From IMG/VR virus record IMGVR_UViG_2617270987_000001: a stretch of 5,673 nucleotides of DNA, one strand, 5' to 3'. The DNA comes from a virus. Its lineage: Duplodnaviria; Heunggongvirae; Uroviricota; Caudoviricetes. A model generated the notes under the pieces. It made no database searches. It had not been told where the DNA came from and worked only from the letters and a program-made list of their open reading frames with translations. The stretch's first letter is position 1. Each line of letters opens with the position of its first letter. The position numbers were made by a program, and so were the translations under genes. Of this stretch, positions 5,629 through 5,673 are shown in pieces.

Positions 5629-5673
5629 ATGGCTAACGCCTGGCTCAGATTATGGCATGACATGCCAAATGAC
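5629..5673 (+). CDS. 5' end (15 codons) of the next rightward gene, YdaU-like by position
   Basis: GAGG at 5620-5623, 5-nt spacer, ATG 5629; MANAWLRLWHDMPND runs in frame to the window edge. Too short to classify. Confidence 0.45.
   Translation, partial: MANAWLRLWHDMPND

Larger units (their letters stand above)
1..5673. mobile_element. Lambdoid (Rac-type) prophage segment: immunity region plus early-left and early-right genes
   Basis: Gene order and orientation: leftward operon, cI-like repressor, divergent Cro-like/YdaT-like pair, palindromic operators on both sides of the repressor, Rha regulator. No integrase or att site in the window, so the element boundaries are not visible. Confidence 0.75.

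Noticed and set aside
1-5673. CRISPR arrays, tRNA/rRNA genes, IS elements or integrase att sites
   Set aside because: No regularly spaced direct repeats, no tRNA-like cloverleaf, and no transposase or integrase ORF seen in any frame.

Overview
The window reads as the immunity/early region of a lambdoid, Rac-type enterobacterial prophage. A cI-like HTH repressor (4347..4766, -) sits between two operator/promoter clusters built from a 12-bp TACC-N4-GGTA palindrome. Rightward are a Cro-like YdaS homolog, an overlapping YdaT homolog and the first 15 codons of the next gene. Leftward on the minus strand are two tiny genes (51 and 48 aa), a 73-aa KilR-like gene, a Rha-family regulator, two translationally coupled small genes, and a large ORF (386+ codons) running off the left edge; the supplied track misses this ORF and the 48-aa gene. 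The most interesting content is two plus-strand genes wedged against the leftward operon: a DUF1883-like 87-aa protein and an unrecognised 94-aa protein. Both are candidate lysogen-expressed accessory or exclusion functions. A strong sigma70-like promoter followed by a hairpin and U-run upstream of rha suggests a ~77-nt small RNA or leader attenuator. All family assignments are by eye from motifs and synteny; no searches were run.
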